Assembly: GCA_051859245.1 (NCBI GenBank)
Contig: JBHYGA010000005.1
Location: forward strand, 160,001-224,000
Length of the DNA: 64,000 bases
Direction: 5' to 3'
Source: Gemmatimonadaceae bacterium
GTDB lineage: Bacteria; Gemmatimonadota; Gemmatimonadetes; Gemmatimonadales; Gemmatimonadaceae
Positions 50,318 to 58,534 of this stretch are shown here, piece by piece (positions within the stretch are counted from its first letter, which is position 1; each line of letters opens with the position of its first letter). The position numbers were made by a program, and so were the translations under genes. Under the pieces are notes generated by a model. It made no database searches, was not told the DNA's origin, and saw only the letters and a program-made list of their open reading frames with translations.

Positions 50318-51493
50318 ATGTCTCTCACGACTTCGCCCCACATGATTCAGCCAACGCAGCTCATTCGCTCCATCCCCCAGTACGTGTTCTGGGAGCTGGA
50401 TCAGCGCAAGCGTGCGCATCGCGCCACTGGTCGACCGCTGCTCGACGTGGGTATCGGCAGTCCGGATCAGCCGGTGCCGGAGCTCGTGCAGGAAGCAATC
50501 CGCGAAGCCGCCACACGTCCGGAGTTGAGCGGGTATCCGCACTTTCGTGGGCACCCCGAGTTCTTGCGCGCCGTGGCCGACTACATGGTGGACCGGTTTG
50601 GCGTGCACACGGATCCGGAACGCGAGTACATGGCTGTGGCCGGAAGCAAAGAAGGGTTGGCCGAAATCATTTTGGCGATCTGTGAACCGGGCGACGTCGT
50701 GCTCGTGCCGGAGGTGTACTACCCGGTGTATGTGCGCGCCACACAACTCGCGCGCGCCGAAGCGGTCATGGTGCCGTTTTCAGCCGACGGTTTGCTGGAT
50801 CTCGACGCAGTTGATCCGGCACATGTCGCGCGTGCGCGAGTGCTGATTGCGAACTATCCGTGCAATCCTACTACGGCAATTGCGGATCTCGCGGCCATGA
50901 CGCGCCTGGTCGAGTTTGCGCGCACACACAACATCCTGCTCGTGAGTGATCTGGCGTATTCGGAGCTGGCGTTTGACGGGTTTGTGCCGCCGAGTGCACT
51001 CCAGGTGCCGGGCGCCATGGAGTGCACGGTCGAACTGCACTCTGCGTCGAAGAGTTTCAACATGGCCGGCTCGCGCGTGGGTGTGGTGGTTGGAAATCCA
51101 CAGGCCATCACCGCGCTCGATGCATATCGCAGCAATGTGGGCTACGGAGCGGCCACGCTGCCACAACTCGGTGCGGCCGTTGCGTTCACGAACTATCGCG
51201 CGTTGGTCAAGCCAATTGTGCAGGAGTACGCAGCGCGTCGTGATGCGCTTGTAAATGCGTTTCACGCGCACGGATGGGCGGTGCCGTCGCCTCGCGCCAC
51301 CATGTACTTGTGGCTCACAGTACCCGAGGGCTATGACGACTGGGCCTGGGTGGATCACTGTCTGGCCGAACACAACATTGTCATCACGCCCGGCATGGCG
51401 TTTGGCGCGGCGGGACGCGGACGCTTTCGCATTTCGCTGGTGCAACCGGCGCCGGTACTCGCGGATGTAGCAAAGGCCCTCGCGCAGCGGTAG
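50318..51493 (+). CDS. PLP-dependent aminotransferase class I/II
   Basis: GSKEG, NYPCNPT, DLAYSEL, SASKSFNMAGSRVG. Confidence 0.93.
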   Translation: MSLTTSPHMIQPTQLIRSIPQYVFWELDQRKRAHRATGRPLLDVGIGSPDQPVPELVQEAIREAATRPELSGYPHFRGHPEFLRAVADYMVDRFGVHTDPEREYMAVAGSKEGLAEIILAICEPGDVVLVPEVYYPVYVRATQLARAEAVMVPFSADGLLDLDAVDPAHVARARVLIANYPCNPTTAIADLAAMTRLVEFARTHNILLVSDLAYSELAFDGFVPPSALQVPGAMECTVELHSASKSFNMAGSRVGVVVGNPQAITALDAYRSNVGYGAATLPQLGAAVAFTNYRALVKPIVQEYAARRDALVNAFHAHGWAVPSPRATMYLWLTVPEGYDDWAWVDHCLAEHNIVITPGMAFGAAGRGRFRISLVQPAPVLADVAKALAQR

Positions 51494-51510
51494 TCGCTAC
51501 GCGAGGGCCT
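51474..51510. terminator. Hairpin between convergent aminotransferase and yceI genes
   Basis: aggccctcgcg pairs with cgcgagggcct (11 bp); no clear U-tract. Confidence 0.55.
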
Positions 51511-51530
51511 CGATTGCTGTCAGGTCAAAC

Positions 51531-52115
51531 TTACTTCTTGGCCGCCGGATCGTTGATCGCGAAATCCCACTGCACGGTCACGTCGTCCTTGATCGGATTC
51601 ACGTTTGAGTCATACGCCACGCCGTACTCCTTGCGCTTGATCACAAACTCGCCGCGGAATCGGCCCGTGCCGGCTTCGTAGAACACCATCGACGCGGGAA
51701 TCACAATGCGCTTGGTGGTGCCGCGAATGGTGAGGTCACCCTCAATGTCGAGCGTGTTCGCCGTCTTCGGACGCACAGCGGTTGAGACAAACGTGATCTT
51801 CGGGTGCTTCTCCACATCAAAGAAGTCGGCACTCTTGAGATGACCGTCACGACGCTCAACGCGCGTGTCAATGCTCGCCGCATCAATGCTCAGTGACACC
51901 GACGACGCGGCCATGTTCTGCGGATCAAGCGAAATGGTCGCGTCCCACGTCTCAAAGTGTCCTCGCGCGTCAATGAGGCGCGATTCGGCAATGAAGTTGA
52001 TCTGGCTGTGGGCCTTGTCGACCGTGTGCGGGCGCGGGGCCGCCGGCGTGAACGGATTCGCGGCGACGAGTACGAACGGGAGCGCGAGCACCGCGCTGAG
52101 ACGAGCAAACGACAT
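51531..52115 (-). CDS. YceI-family secreted lipid/polyisoprenoid-binding protein
   Basis: VDKAHSQINF, SIDT, RDGHLKSADFFD, GDLTIRG; signal peptide; ggag SD. Confidence 0.93.
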   Translation of the reverse strand: MSFARLSAVLALPFVLVAANPFTPAAPRPHTVDKAHSQINFIAESRLIDARGHFETWDATISLDPQNMAASSVSLSIDAASIDTRVERRDGHLKSADFFDVEKHPKITFVSTAVRPKTANTLDIEGDLTIRGTTKRIVIPASMVFYEAGTGRFRGEFVIKRKEYGVAYDSNVNPIKDDVTVQWDFAINDPAAKK

Positions 52116-52189
52116 ATGAAGACTCCTGAAGGCTGAAGGCTGTGGCATTTCTGAACGGCTCAACGCGCCCAAACGGCGCCATATTCACA

Positions 52190-52217
52190 AATATATCTTA
52201 GTTGTAAGATAACGCAA
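52190..52217 (-). promoter_or_regulatory. sigma70 promoter of yceI with palindromic operator
   Basis: Minus strand TTGCGT-16 bp-TATATT; perfect inverted repeat TATCTTA-N4-TAAGATA at 52194-52211 fills the spacer. Confidence 0.65.
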
Positions 52218-52435
52218 GTGTTTCTCACGGGAGGCGCCGACGGCGATCCCCGCGGATCACGGCGCCAACGCTTGTAGCAGCGGGGGCGCGCAGGTGATCT
52301 TCCACTCAGCCAGCAGAACGCACGTGCCAGTCGCCACGTGCCCTGACGTTCTCGTCTGCCGAACCCTTTGCACCTCGTCGTGAACTCTCAGACCGACTTT
52401 TGCTGCCCTACGGCGGCCTTCGTGAGCGCCGGCCA

Positions 52436-52858
52436 ATGACCGCGCCTGTGTCCGCCGACAATCGACGTCCCGTAACCGAAACGGCCGAACGCTTCCTGCG
52501 TGCCATCGTGGCCGAGGTGCCGGTCGCTCGCATCGCCGAACTGCATCTGTTCACCGCGCTGCGACAGGGTGTGTACGAAACCGGAGTGGCCGTGATCGCC
52601 GTGTGGCCAGAAGTGGGCGAACGCACGGAAGACGCCCGGCATACGGTGTACACAGCGCGGTATCGCCTGGTGGTGAAGGGGCCTGATCGTGGTCGCTGGG
52701 AGTTCGAGTGCGTGGCCGAAGCGGACGCGCCGCTGATCACCGTGGAAACCGTGGTGCGTGGTGTGCAGCGTCGCAGTGGCGACCTGGATGATCCCATGCG
52801 GTACGATGCGAACGCGCTCACGCACGTGTTGCATCTGGACGTCGCGGAACCGGCATGA
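52436..52858 (+). CDS. Hypothetical protein
   Basis: 140 aa, host-like codon usage, ATGA overlap with Fur-family gene. Confidence 0.75.
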   Translation: MTAPVSADNRRPVTETAERFLRAIVAEVPVARIAELHLFTALRQGVYETGVAVIAVWPEVGERTEDARHTVYTARYRLVVKGPDRGRWEFECVAEADAPLITVETVVRGVQRRSGDLDDPMRYDANALTHVLHLDVAEPA

Positions 52859-53343
52859 CATCAGCGCCGATGGTGGGCACGTCGCGCACGGCGCAGCAGG
52901 GACGGGAAGGGTTCCGTTCGTGGCTACGTGAGCACAACCTGCCCGTCACCGCGCAACGTTTGGCGATCGCCGAAGTGGTGATCGGATCAGCGCAGCATCT
53001 TTCGGCTGAAGAAGTGGCGCAGCACTTGTCGTCGCACGGCGACAAAGCGGGCACCGCAACGGTGTATCGCACGCTCGATCTGCTGGTGCGCAGCGGACTC
53101 GTGGTGGAGCGCGATTTTGGGGAAGGCTTCAGACGGTTTGAAGCGGCGCGTGATGTGCCGCATCATGAACATCTGTTGTGCACGGTGTGCGGCGCGGTGG
53201 AAGAGTTTCGCGACGAACGGCTGGAACGCATGACCACCATTATTGCTGAAGCGCATGACTTTGCGCGGCATCGCCATCGCCTGGTGATTCAGGGCGTGTG
53301 CGGGGCCTGTCGTCGAGGCACGCGTACCACGCCTGAGCGCTGA
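52855..53343 (+). CDS. Fur-family transcriptional regulator
   Basis: TAQRLAI, HLSAEE, ATVYRTL, HHEHLLCTVCG, GVCGAC. Confidence 0.95.
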   Translation: MTSAPMVGTSRTAQQGREGFRSWLREHNLPVTAQRLAIAEVVIGSAQHLSAEEVAQHLSSHGDKAGTATVYRTLDLLVRSGLVVERDFGEGFRRFEAARDVPHHEHLLCTVCGAVEEFRDERLERMTTIIAEAHDFARHRHRLVIQGVCGACRRGTRTTPER

Positions 53344-53371
53344 TCGCGTTCGGCAAACCTGACGATACAAC

Positions 53372-54094
53372 ATGGAACCAACCCTTGGCCTCGCGATCGC
53401 GTTTACCGCGGGCTTGCTGAGTTTCCTCTCGCCTTGCGTGCTGCCGCTCATTCCGAGCTACATCACGTTCATCACGGGCATGGGGTTTGAAGACGTTACG
53501 CGGTCACGGCGCACCACGCTCACGCACGCGGTGCTGTTTGTCTTCGGCTTCTCACTCATTTTCATCGCGCTCGGCGCCAGTGCTACGGCGCTCGGCAACT
53601 TGCTGCTTGGTTATCGCGACTGGATCACGCGCATTGGTGGTGTGCTGGTGATCATCTTCGGGTTGTACATGCTCGGTGTGCTGAACATCGGGATGATGTC
53701 CAAAGACACGCGCATGCATTTGTCGGACAAACCCGTTGGCTATCTCGGCACCGTGATTGTTGGCATCGCATTCGGCGCGGGGTGGACACCGTGCATTGGT
53801 CCGATCCTCGGCGCGATTCTTACGTACGCGGGCACGAGTGGCAACGTATCGCATGGCATGGGGCTGCTCGCCACGTATTCCCTTGGCCTCGCCGTTCCGT
53901 TCCTGTTGAGCGCGCTGCTCATGGAACGATTCCTCGGCGCGTTCCAGAAGTTTCGCCGGCATATGGGGCTCGTGAACAAGATCAGTGGTGTGCTGCTGAT
54001 CATCGTGGGCGTGTTGATGCTCACGAACTGGTTTACGATGCTGGCCGGGTATCTGGATCAGTTCACGCCGGATTTCTTGCGGGATCGGCTCTAG
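53372..54094 (+). CDS. ccdA: Cytochrome c biogenesis protein CcdA
   Basis: AGLLSFLSPCVLPLIP and GWTPCIGPILG; multiple TMs. Confidence 0.95.
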   Translation: MEPTLGLAIAFTAGLLSFLSPCVLPLIPSYITFITGMGFEDVTRSRRTTLTHAVLFVFGFSLIFIALGASATALGNLLLGYRDWITRIGGVLVIIFGLYMLGVLNIGMMSKDTRMHLSDKPVGYLGTVIVGIAFGAGWTPCIGPILGAILTYAGTSGNVSHGMGLLATYSLGLAVPFLLSALLMERFLGAFQKFRRHMGLVNKISGVLLIIVGVLMLTNWFTMLAGYLDQFTPDFLRDRL

Positions 54095-54131
54095 CGCACT
54101 CCGCCAGCGGTGGTGCACTGGCAGAGATCGG

Positions 54132-54176
54132 AACTGCAGTCAACACAGAGACGCAGAGGCGCGGAGACAACACGTT
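54132..54176 (+). repeat. Left arm of family A palindrome disrupted by IS3
   Basis: aactgcagtcaacacagagacgcagaggcgcggagacaacacgtt is an imperfect reverse complement of 56991-57033. Confidence 0.8.
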
Positions 54177-54312
54177 GCGACAGACGACGTCACCACGGCG
54201 CAAAGCAGTTCAATTCAAAAAGATTGTGCCGCGAACTCTCGCTAACATGAGCTTGCCCCGATTTAATGGACACCTTGAGATCCCAGCGTTAGTTCTGGGG
54301 AGGAGGTGTGTG

Positions 54313-54615
54313 ATGAGCAAACGGGGGCAGACGCAGCGACGCTACACGGCCGAGTTTAAAGCGGCGGCCGTGCAGCGCTTACGCGATGAGATGGTGCGAG
54401 GCCGCACGCAGGCCGATGTGGCGGCGGCCTTAGGGGTACCGGCGGGCGTGTTAGGCAAGTGGCGACAGGTGGCCGATGAGCAGCCCGCTGCCGCGCCGAC
54501 TGGCGAGTCGCTGGAGGACGAGGTGCGGCGACTGCGGCGCGAAGTCGAGACGCTGCGGATGGAGCGTGATTTCGCAAAAAAAGCGGCGGCGTACTTCGCG
54601 CGGGAGCTCCCGTGA
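54313..54615 (+). CDS. IS3 transposase OrfA
   Basis: RRYTAEFKAAAV HTH, coiled coil, KKAAAYFARE; ggaggt SD; A7 slippery run at 54576-54582 with OrfB in the -1 frame. Confidence 0.93.
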   Translation: MSKRGQTQRRYTAEFKAAAVQRLRDEMVRGRTQADVAAALGVPAGVLGKWRQVADEQPAAAPTGESLEDEVRRLRREVETLRMERDFAKKAAAYFARELP

Positions 54616-55208
54616 GCGCGAAGTACGCGTGCCTGACGGCGCATCGCGCCATGTATCCCGTGCGACTGATGTGCCGCGTGCTCGGCGTGAGCGCCGCCGG
54701 TTACTACGCCGCGCAGTCGCGCGCACCGAGCGCACGCGCGAGGCGCGATGTGGATCTCACGACGCACATTGCCGTCGTGCATCAGGCGAGCCGTGGCACG
54801 TATGGCGCGCCGCGCATTCACGCGGCGCTGCAGCAGGCGGGGGAACGCATCAGTCGCAAACGCGTCGCGCGCTTAATGGACGCGGCCGCGCTGTGTGGGC
54901 GCACGCGGCGGCGCGGACGGCCCCGCAGCAGCAGTGATCCCGAGGCACCGGTGCGCAATGTGCTCGCGCGCGCCTTTGCGCCGTCGGCGGCGCTGAACAC
55001 CGCGTGGGCAGCCGACATCACCTACGTGCCGTACGCGGGCGGCATGGCGTACCTGGCCGTCGTGCTCGATCTCGCGTCGCGCGCGGTGATTGGCTGGGCG
55101 CTCGAGGGTCACCTCACGACGCCACTGCCCGAAGCGGCGCTGCACCAGGCACTCCTCACGCGCCGTCGCAGGGGACCGACGCTGCATCACTCCGATCGCG
55201 GTACGCAA

Positions 55209-56674
55209 CCCGAATTCAACCAGTCGTCGCAACACTAAGGTTCTGTAGAAGATTGTAGCAGGATGTTCAGTGCTTCCGCTGGGGTGCGCCACTGCAGTGT
55301 TTTTCGTGGTCGTGTGTTGAGCGTGTGCGCAATCGCATCTAACTCATCGCGCGTCACGCCGCTCATGTCCGTGCCTTTCGGAAAATACTGTCGCAACAAC
55401 CCGTTCGTGTTTTCATTGGTGGCGCGTTGCCATGGACTATGCGGATCACAGAAGTAGATCTGCAGGCCGGCATCGATGCGCAGCTGGACATGCTGGGCCA
55501 TCTCCGCGCCTTGATCCCACGTGAGGGATTGGCGGAGATGCGCAGGGATGGTCGCGATCGTCCGCACAATCGCATCGCGCACCGCTTCGGCGCCATGTCC
55601 GGCGAGCGCCAAGCCATTCTTCGCTCGCGATTGGTGTGCACGCTCCGGCATTGGCGGAAGATGCAAGAGCAGCGTGAATCGCGTGGTGCGTTCCACCAAT
55701 GTCCCGATGGCCGAGCTGTGCAAGCCGAGTATGAGATCGCCCTCCCAATGCCCGGGCACCGCGCGGTCTTCGACTTCCGGCGGCCGCGCGCTGATCAACA
55801 CGTCGGGCGTGACGAACCCCTTTCCACGTCCGATCGTGCGTGCGCGTGGGACGCGCAACGCGCGTCCGGTGCGCAAACACGCGCTCAGCTCGCGACGCAG
55901 CGCGCCACGGCCTTGCACGTACAACGCCTGGTAGATGGCCTCGTGACTGATGCGCATGGTCGGGTCGTCGGGAAAGTCGAGCAGGAGTCGTTGTGCAATC
56001 TGTTCCGGACTCCACGCGCGTGCCCAGCGTCGCGCTTGTCGTGGACCATGTCGGCGTCCCTTCCAGGGTGCGACCGACGGCCCGGCGATGGGCGTGCCTC
56101 GCGGCGTTTGGATCGCGCCGGCGAGGCGCTCTGCGACATATATGCGCAGTCGCTCGTGCGTGGCGAGCTTCGCCGCCTTCGGACGCAAGGCCGCCCGATC
56201 CGCATGCCACTGCGCGATCGTCGCCCGATACACAAAATCGCCACTGCGCGTCGAGGCATTCCGTCGCAACTCGCGGGAAATGGTCGAGGGGGCACGCGCG
56301 AGACGGCGCGCGATGTCGCGTACGCCGAGGCCCTGGGCCCGGTAAAGCGCCAGTGCTTCCCGCTCAGTGAGCGAGAGGTATCGCGCGGACGGCGCTGGGG
56401 TCGTGGGTCGCAAATGAGAGGGAGGCATGCCTCCACAATGGCGAAACCAGCGCGAGCCCACCGGCGCAGAGACCCCTGCCGCTTCCGCGGCGTCTTCGCT
56501 CGACAGGCCACGCGCAATGGCGATCCAGAAGGGACGCCGCGCGGACTTTGACAGCACCGGCGGTCGGCCAGGTGACGCCAGTTTCTTGCGTGTCGAACGA
56601 CTCGATTTTCGCTTGCCCGTTTTTGACATCGTCCACCTCGCTCAGAGGTGTTGCGACGACCGATTGAATCCACC
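55209..56674 (-). mobile_element. IS30-family insertion sequence
   Basis: Terminal inverted repeats 21/27 (core attcaa...gtcgtcgcaacac); flanked by CAA at 55206-55208 and 56675-56677. Confidence 0.93.
55235..56629 (-). CDS. IS30-family transposase (464 aa)
   Basis: RAPSTISRELRRN, WSPEQI, ISHEAIYQ, PGHWEGDLI, LTWDQG.EM, SPWQR.TNENTNGLLRQYFPKG. Confidence 0.97.
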   Translation of the reverse strand: MSKTGKRKSSRSTRKKLASPGRPPVLSKSARRPFWIAIARGLSSEDAAEAAGVSAPVGSRWFRHCGGMPPSHLRPTTPAPSARYLSLTEREALALYRAQGLGVRDIARRLARAPSTISRELRRNASTRSGDFVYRATIAQWHADRAALRPKAAKLATHERLRIYVAERLAGAIQTPRGTPIAGPSVAPWKGRRHGPRQARRWARAWSPEQIAQRLLLDFPDDPTMRISHEAIYQALYVQGRGALRRELSACLRTGRALRVPRARTIGRGKGFVTPDVLISARPPEVEDRAVPGHWEGDLILGLHSSAIGTLVERTTRFTLLLHLPPMPERAHQSRAKNGLALAGHGAEAVRDAIVRTIATIPAHLRQSLTWDQGAEMAQHVQLRIDAGLQIYFCDPHSPWQRATNENTNGLLRQYFPKGTDMSGVTRDELDAIAHTLNTRPRKTLQWRTPAEALNILLQSSTEP

Positions 56675-56990
56675 CAATACGTCAGTCACGCCTATCAAAC
56701 CGCACTCGTCGCCGCGGGGCTGACGCCAAGCCTCAGTGCGACCGGTGACTGCTACGACAACGCGGTCGTCGAAAGTTTTTTCAGCACGCTGAAGTGTGAG
56801 TGCGATTTCGCGCACTGCACGTCGATGCGGGCGCTGCGCACCGTCGTCGCGCACTACATTGACGGCTGGTACAACCCGCACCGACTGCACTCCAGTCTGC
56901 ACTATCAATCACCCATGCAGTACGAGGCGCGGCTCCGTCATTCCGATCGGGCCGCTTAACCCCGGTGTCCACTAAACCGGGGCAACCTCA

Positions 56991-57033
56991 ACATGTAGTC
57001 TCTGCGGCTCTGCGTCTCTGCGTTCATGCAGTT
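56991..57033 (-). repeat. Right arm of family A palindrome disrupted by IS3
   Basis: acatgtagtctctgcggctctgcgtctctgcgttcatgcagtt. Confidence 0.8.
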
Positions 57034-57685
57034 ACACGATGAACGGTCCTACAATCGCCGTGACCTGCTGCAACGTCAACGGCTCATCAAACGCCTCAGT
57101 CGCTGATGCCGCACCACCAAACATGGCGGCCATCGGCAACGTGGTGATGTTCACGCCGCCCTGCGTGAGATTGTCTTCGCCGTCGTAGATTCCCTGCGTA
57201 AACGCCGGCAGATCTTCGCGGCTGTTCCCCATCACCCACCCCTTCTTGCCACGCATGCGTCGCACCTGCGCCGCGTGACGTGCTTCGACGGAGTGAATGG
57301 ACAACGCCGCCGTGAGCGCCGCCTTGTCGTTGATGAGTCGCGCGGCCTGCCCCTTGTACGCACGCACACCCGTGTCTTCAAAGGCCATCGCCAGCGCCTT
57401 GAACGTCTCGTACTGCGATGCCCCGAAGTTGAAGCCCGGGAGTGCTCCACCGGCCGTGAAGTCGAACGTCGGCTTCGTGATCGGCGTGTTGCCCGACGCG
57501 GTGATCAGCGCACGCAGCGTGCTCACATGCACCGCTTCGTGCTCGGCGATCAAACCGAACACTGCACGATCGGCCGTTGGAATCAAACCCGGCGCCGCCA
57601 TGCCGCGCGCGTAAAAGTCGGCTTCGAGATATTCGAGCAGGAGGGCGAACTGAAGCACCTCAAGCGTCACAGATTGTTGTTGCAT
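57032..57685 (-). CDS. Ferritin-like domain protein without signal peptide
   Basis: LQFALLLEYLEADFY, EHEAVH, FEDTGVRAYKG, SVEARHAA. Confidence 0.9.
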   Translation of the reverse strand: MQQQSVTLEVLQFALLLEYLEADFYARGMAAPGLIPTADRAVFGLIAEHEAVHVSTLRALITASGNTPITKPTFDFTAGGALPGFNFGASQYETFKALAMAFEDTGVRAYKGQAARLINDKAALTAALSIHSVEARHAAQVRRMRGKKGWVMGNSREDLPAFTQGIYDGEDNLTQGGVNITTLPMAAMFGGAASATEAFDEPLTLQQVTAIVGPFIV

Positions 57686-57696
57686 GAGTGTTCTCC

Positions 57697-58440
57697 TCAG
57701 CCGTTGTTATTGGGGCCCTGCACGAACGACGACGGCGCGTTGGCCAGCGTCAGCTGCTGCGTCACGAAGCCTTGCGCCGCGGTACCAACCTTCGCGGGAC
57801 GGAAGACATCGTCGAACGCATTCGGCGCGAAGGCCGTGGTGTTCGGCGCCAACAGGTCGCGAATCGCCGACGCGTGACGCGCCTCGACGGACACGATCTT
57901 GCCGGCGAGCGTGAGCGTGCCCGGATCGCTGATGTACTGCGCCGCACCGTTGTACGCGGCCACACCGAGATCTTCAAACCCGCGCGCCGCTTCAAGAATC
58001 GACTGACGATTGCTGAAGTTCACGCCAGGATACACGGCACTGATCGTAAAGTCGTTCGATGGGCCGAGTGCGGCCTTGAACAGTTCACGATGCAACACTT
58101 CGTGGTTGCGCAGGTCCACCATCACGGCCTGTTCGGCCATGCTGAGCCCCGAGCTGCTCAGGCCGTTCACGACGCGAATGTAGAAATCGGCTTCGAGCTG
58201 CTCGAGGGCGTACGCGAACTGCAGAATGGCAATATCACCGCGGGCAAAATCAATCGTGAGCGGTGAACCGGTGCCGGGCTCGCCCGGACCAACAACGTTG
58301 TCGTCGCTGCAACCGGCAAGCATGGACGGCAGCAGCATCGCCACTCCGCCTGCGGCCATGAGTTTGAACATTTCGCGTCGCGTGCGGTGCGACGTGAGCA
58401 GTCCGCCATCGCCTACGACGAGGGTGGGACGTTCTGACAT
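57697..58440 (-). CDS. Ferritin-like domain protein, predicted Tat lipoprotein
   Basis: TRREMFK twin-Arg motif and LAGC lipobox; LEQLEADFY, HEVLH, FEDLGVAAYNG, SVEARH. Confidence 0.9.
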   Translation of the reverse strand: MSERPTLVVGDGGLLTSHRTRREMFKLMAAGGVAMLLPSMLAGCSDDNVVGPGEPGTGSPLTIDFARGDIAILQFAYALEQLEADFYIRVVNGLSSSGLSMAEQAVMVDLRNHEVLHRELFKAALGPSNDFTISAVYPGVNFSNRQSILEAARGFEDLGVAAYNGAAQYISDPGTLTLAGKIVSVEARHASAIRDLLAPNTTAFAPNAFDDVFRPAKVGTAAQGFVTQQLTLANAPSSFVQGPNNNG

Positions 58441-58498
58441 GGAAATCCTCCGGACGCAAATGGTCTCGTGCACACGCTTTCGTGTGCGACGGGTTGCG

Positions 58499-58525
58499 TA
58501 CGAAGGTCAGATCCAAACTGGATTC
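58499..58525 (-). promoter_or_regulatory. Possible ECF sigma promoter for the ferritin-like pair
   Basis: Minus strand GAATCC-17 bp-CGTA, resembling ECF-type -35/-10 elements. Confidence 0.35.
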
Positions 58526-58534
58526 ATGGTTTGG

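Larger units (their letters stand above)
54612..56959 (+). pseudogene. IS3 OrfB (DDE domain) split by IS30; segments 54612-55208 and 56678-56959
   Basis: YGAPRI, WAADITY, HHSDRGTQ then YVS...CYDNAVVESFFSTLK, WYNPHRLHSSL; rejoins in frame to 292 aa. Confidence 0.93.
54248..56990 (+). mobile_element. IS3-family insertion sequence interrupted by IS30
   Basis: TG...CA ends; 27 bp terminal inverted repeats (24/27); 3 bp ACA duplication at 54245-54247 and 56991-56993; 1274 bp once IS30 is removed. Confidence 0.95.

Noticed and set aside
52225..52435. Possible structured RNA upstream of the hypothetical-Fur-ccdA genes
   Set aside because: Only short stems expected by chance at this GC content; no known motif recognised.
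53782..54312. N-terminal extension of the 277 aa ORF 53782-54615
   Set aside because: It overlaps ccdA and crosses the IS end; OrfA starts at 54313 behind a clear SD.
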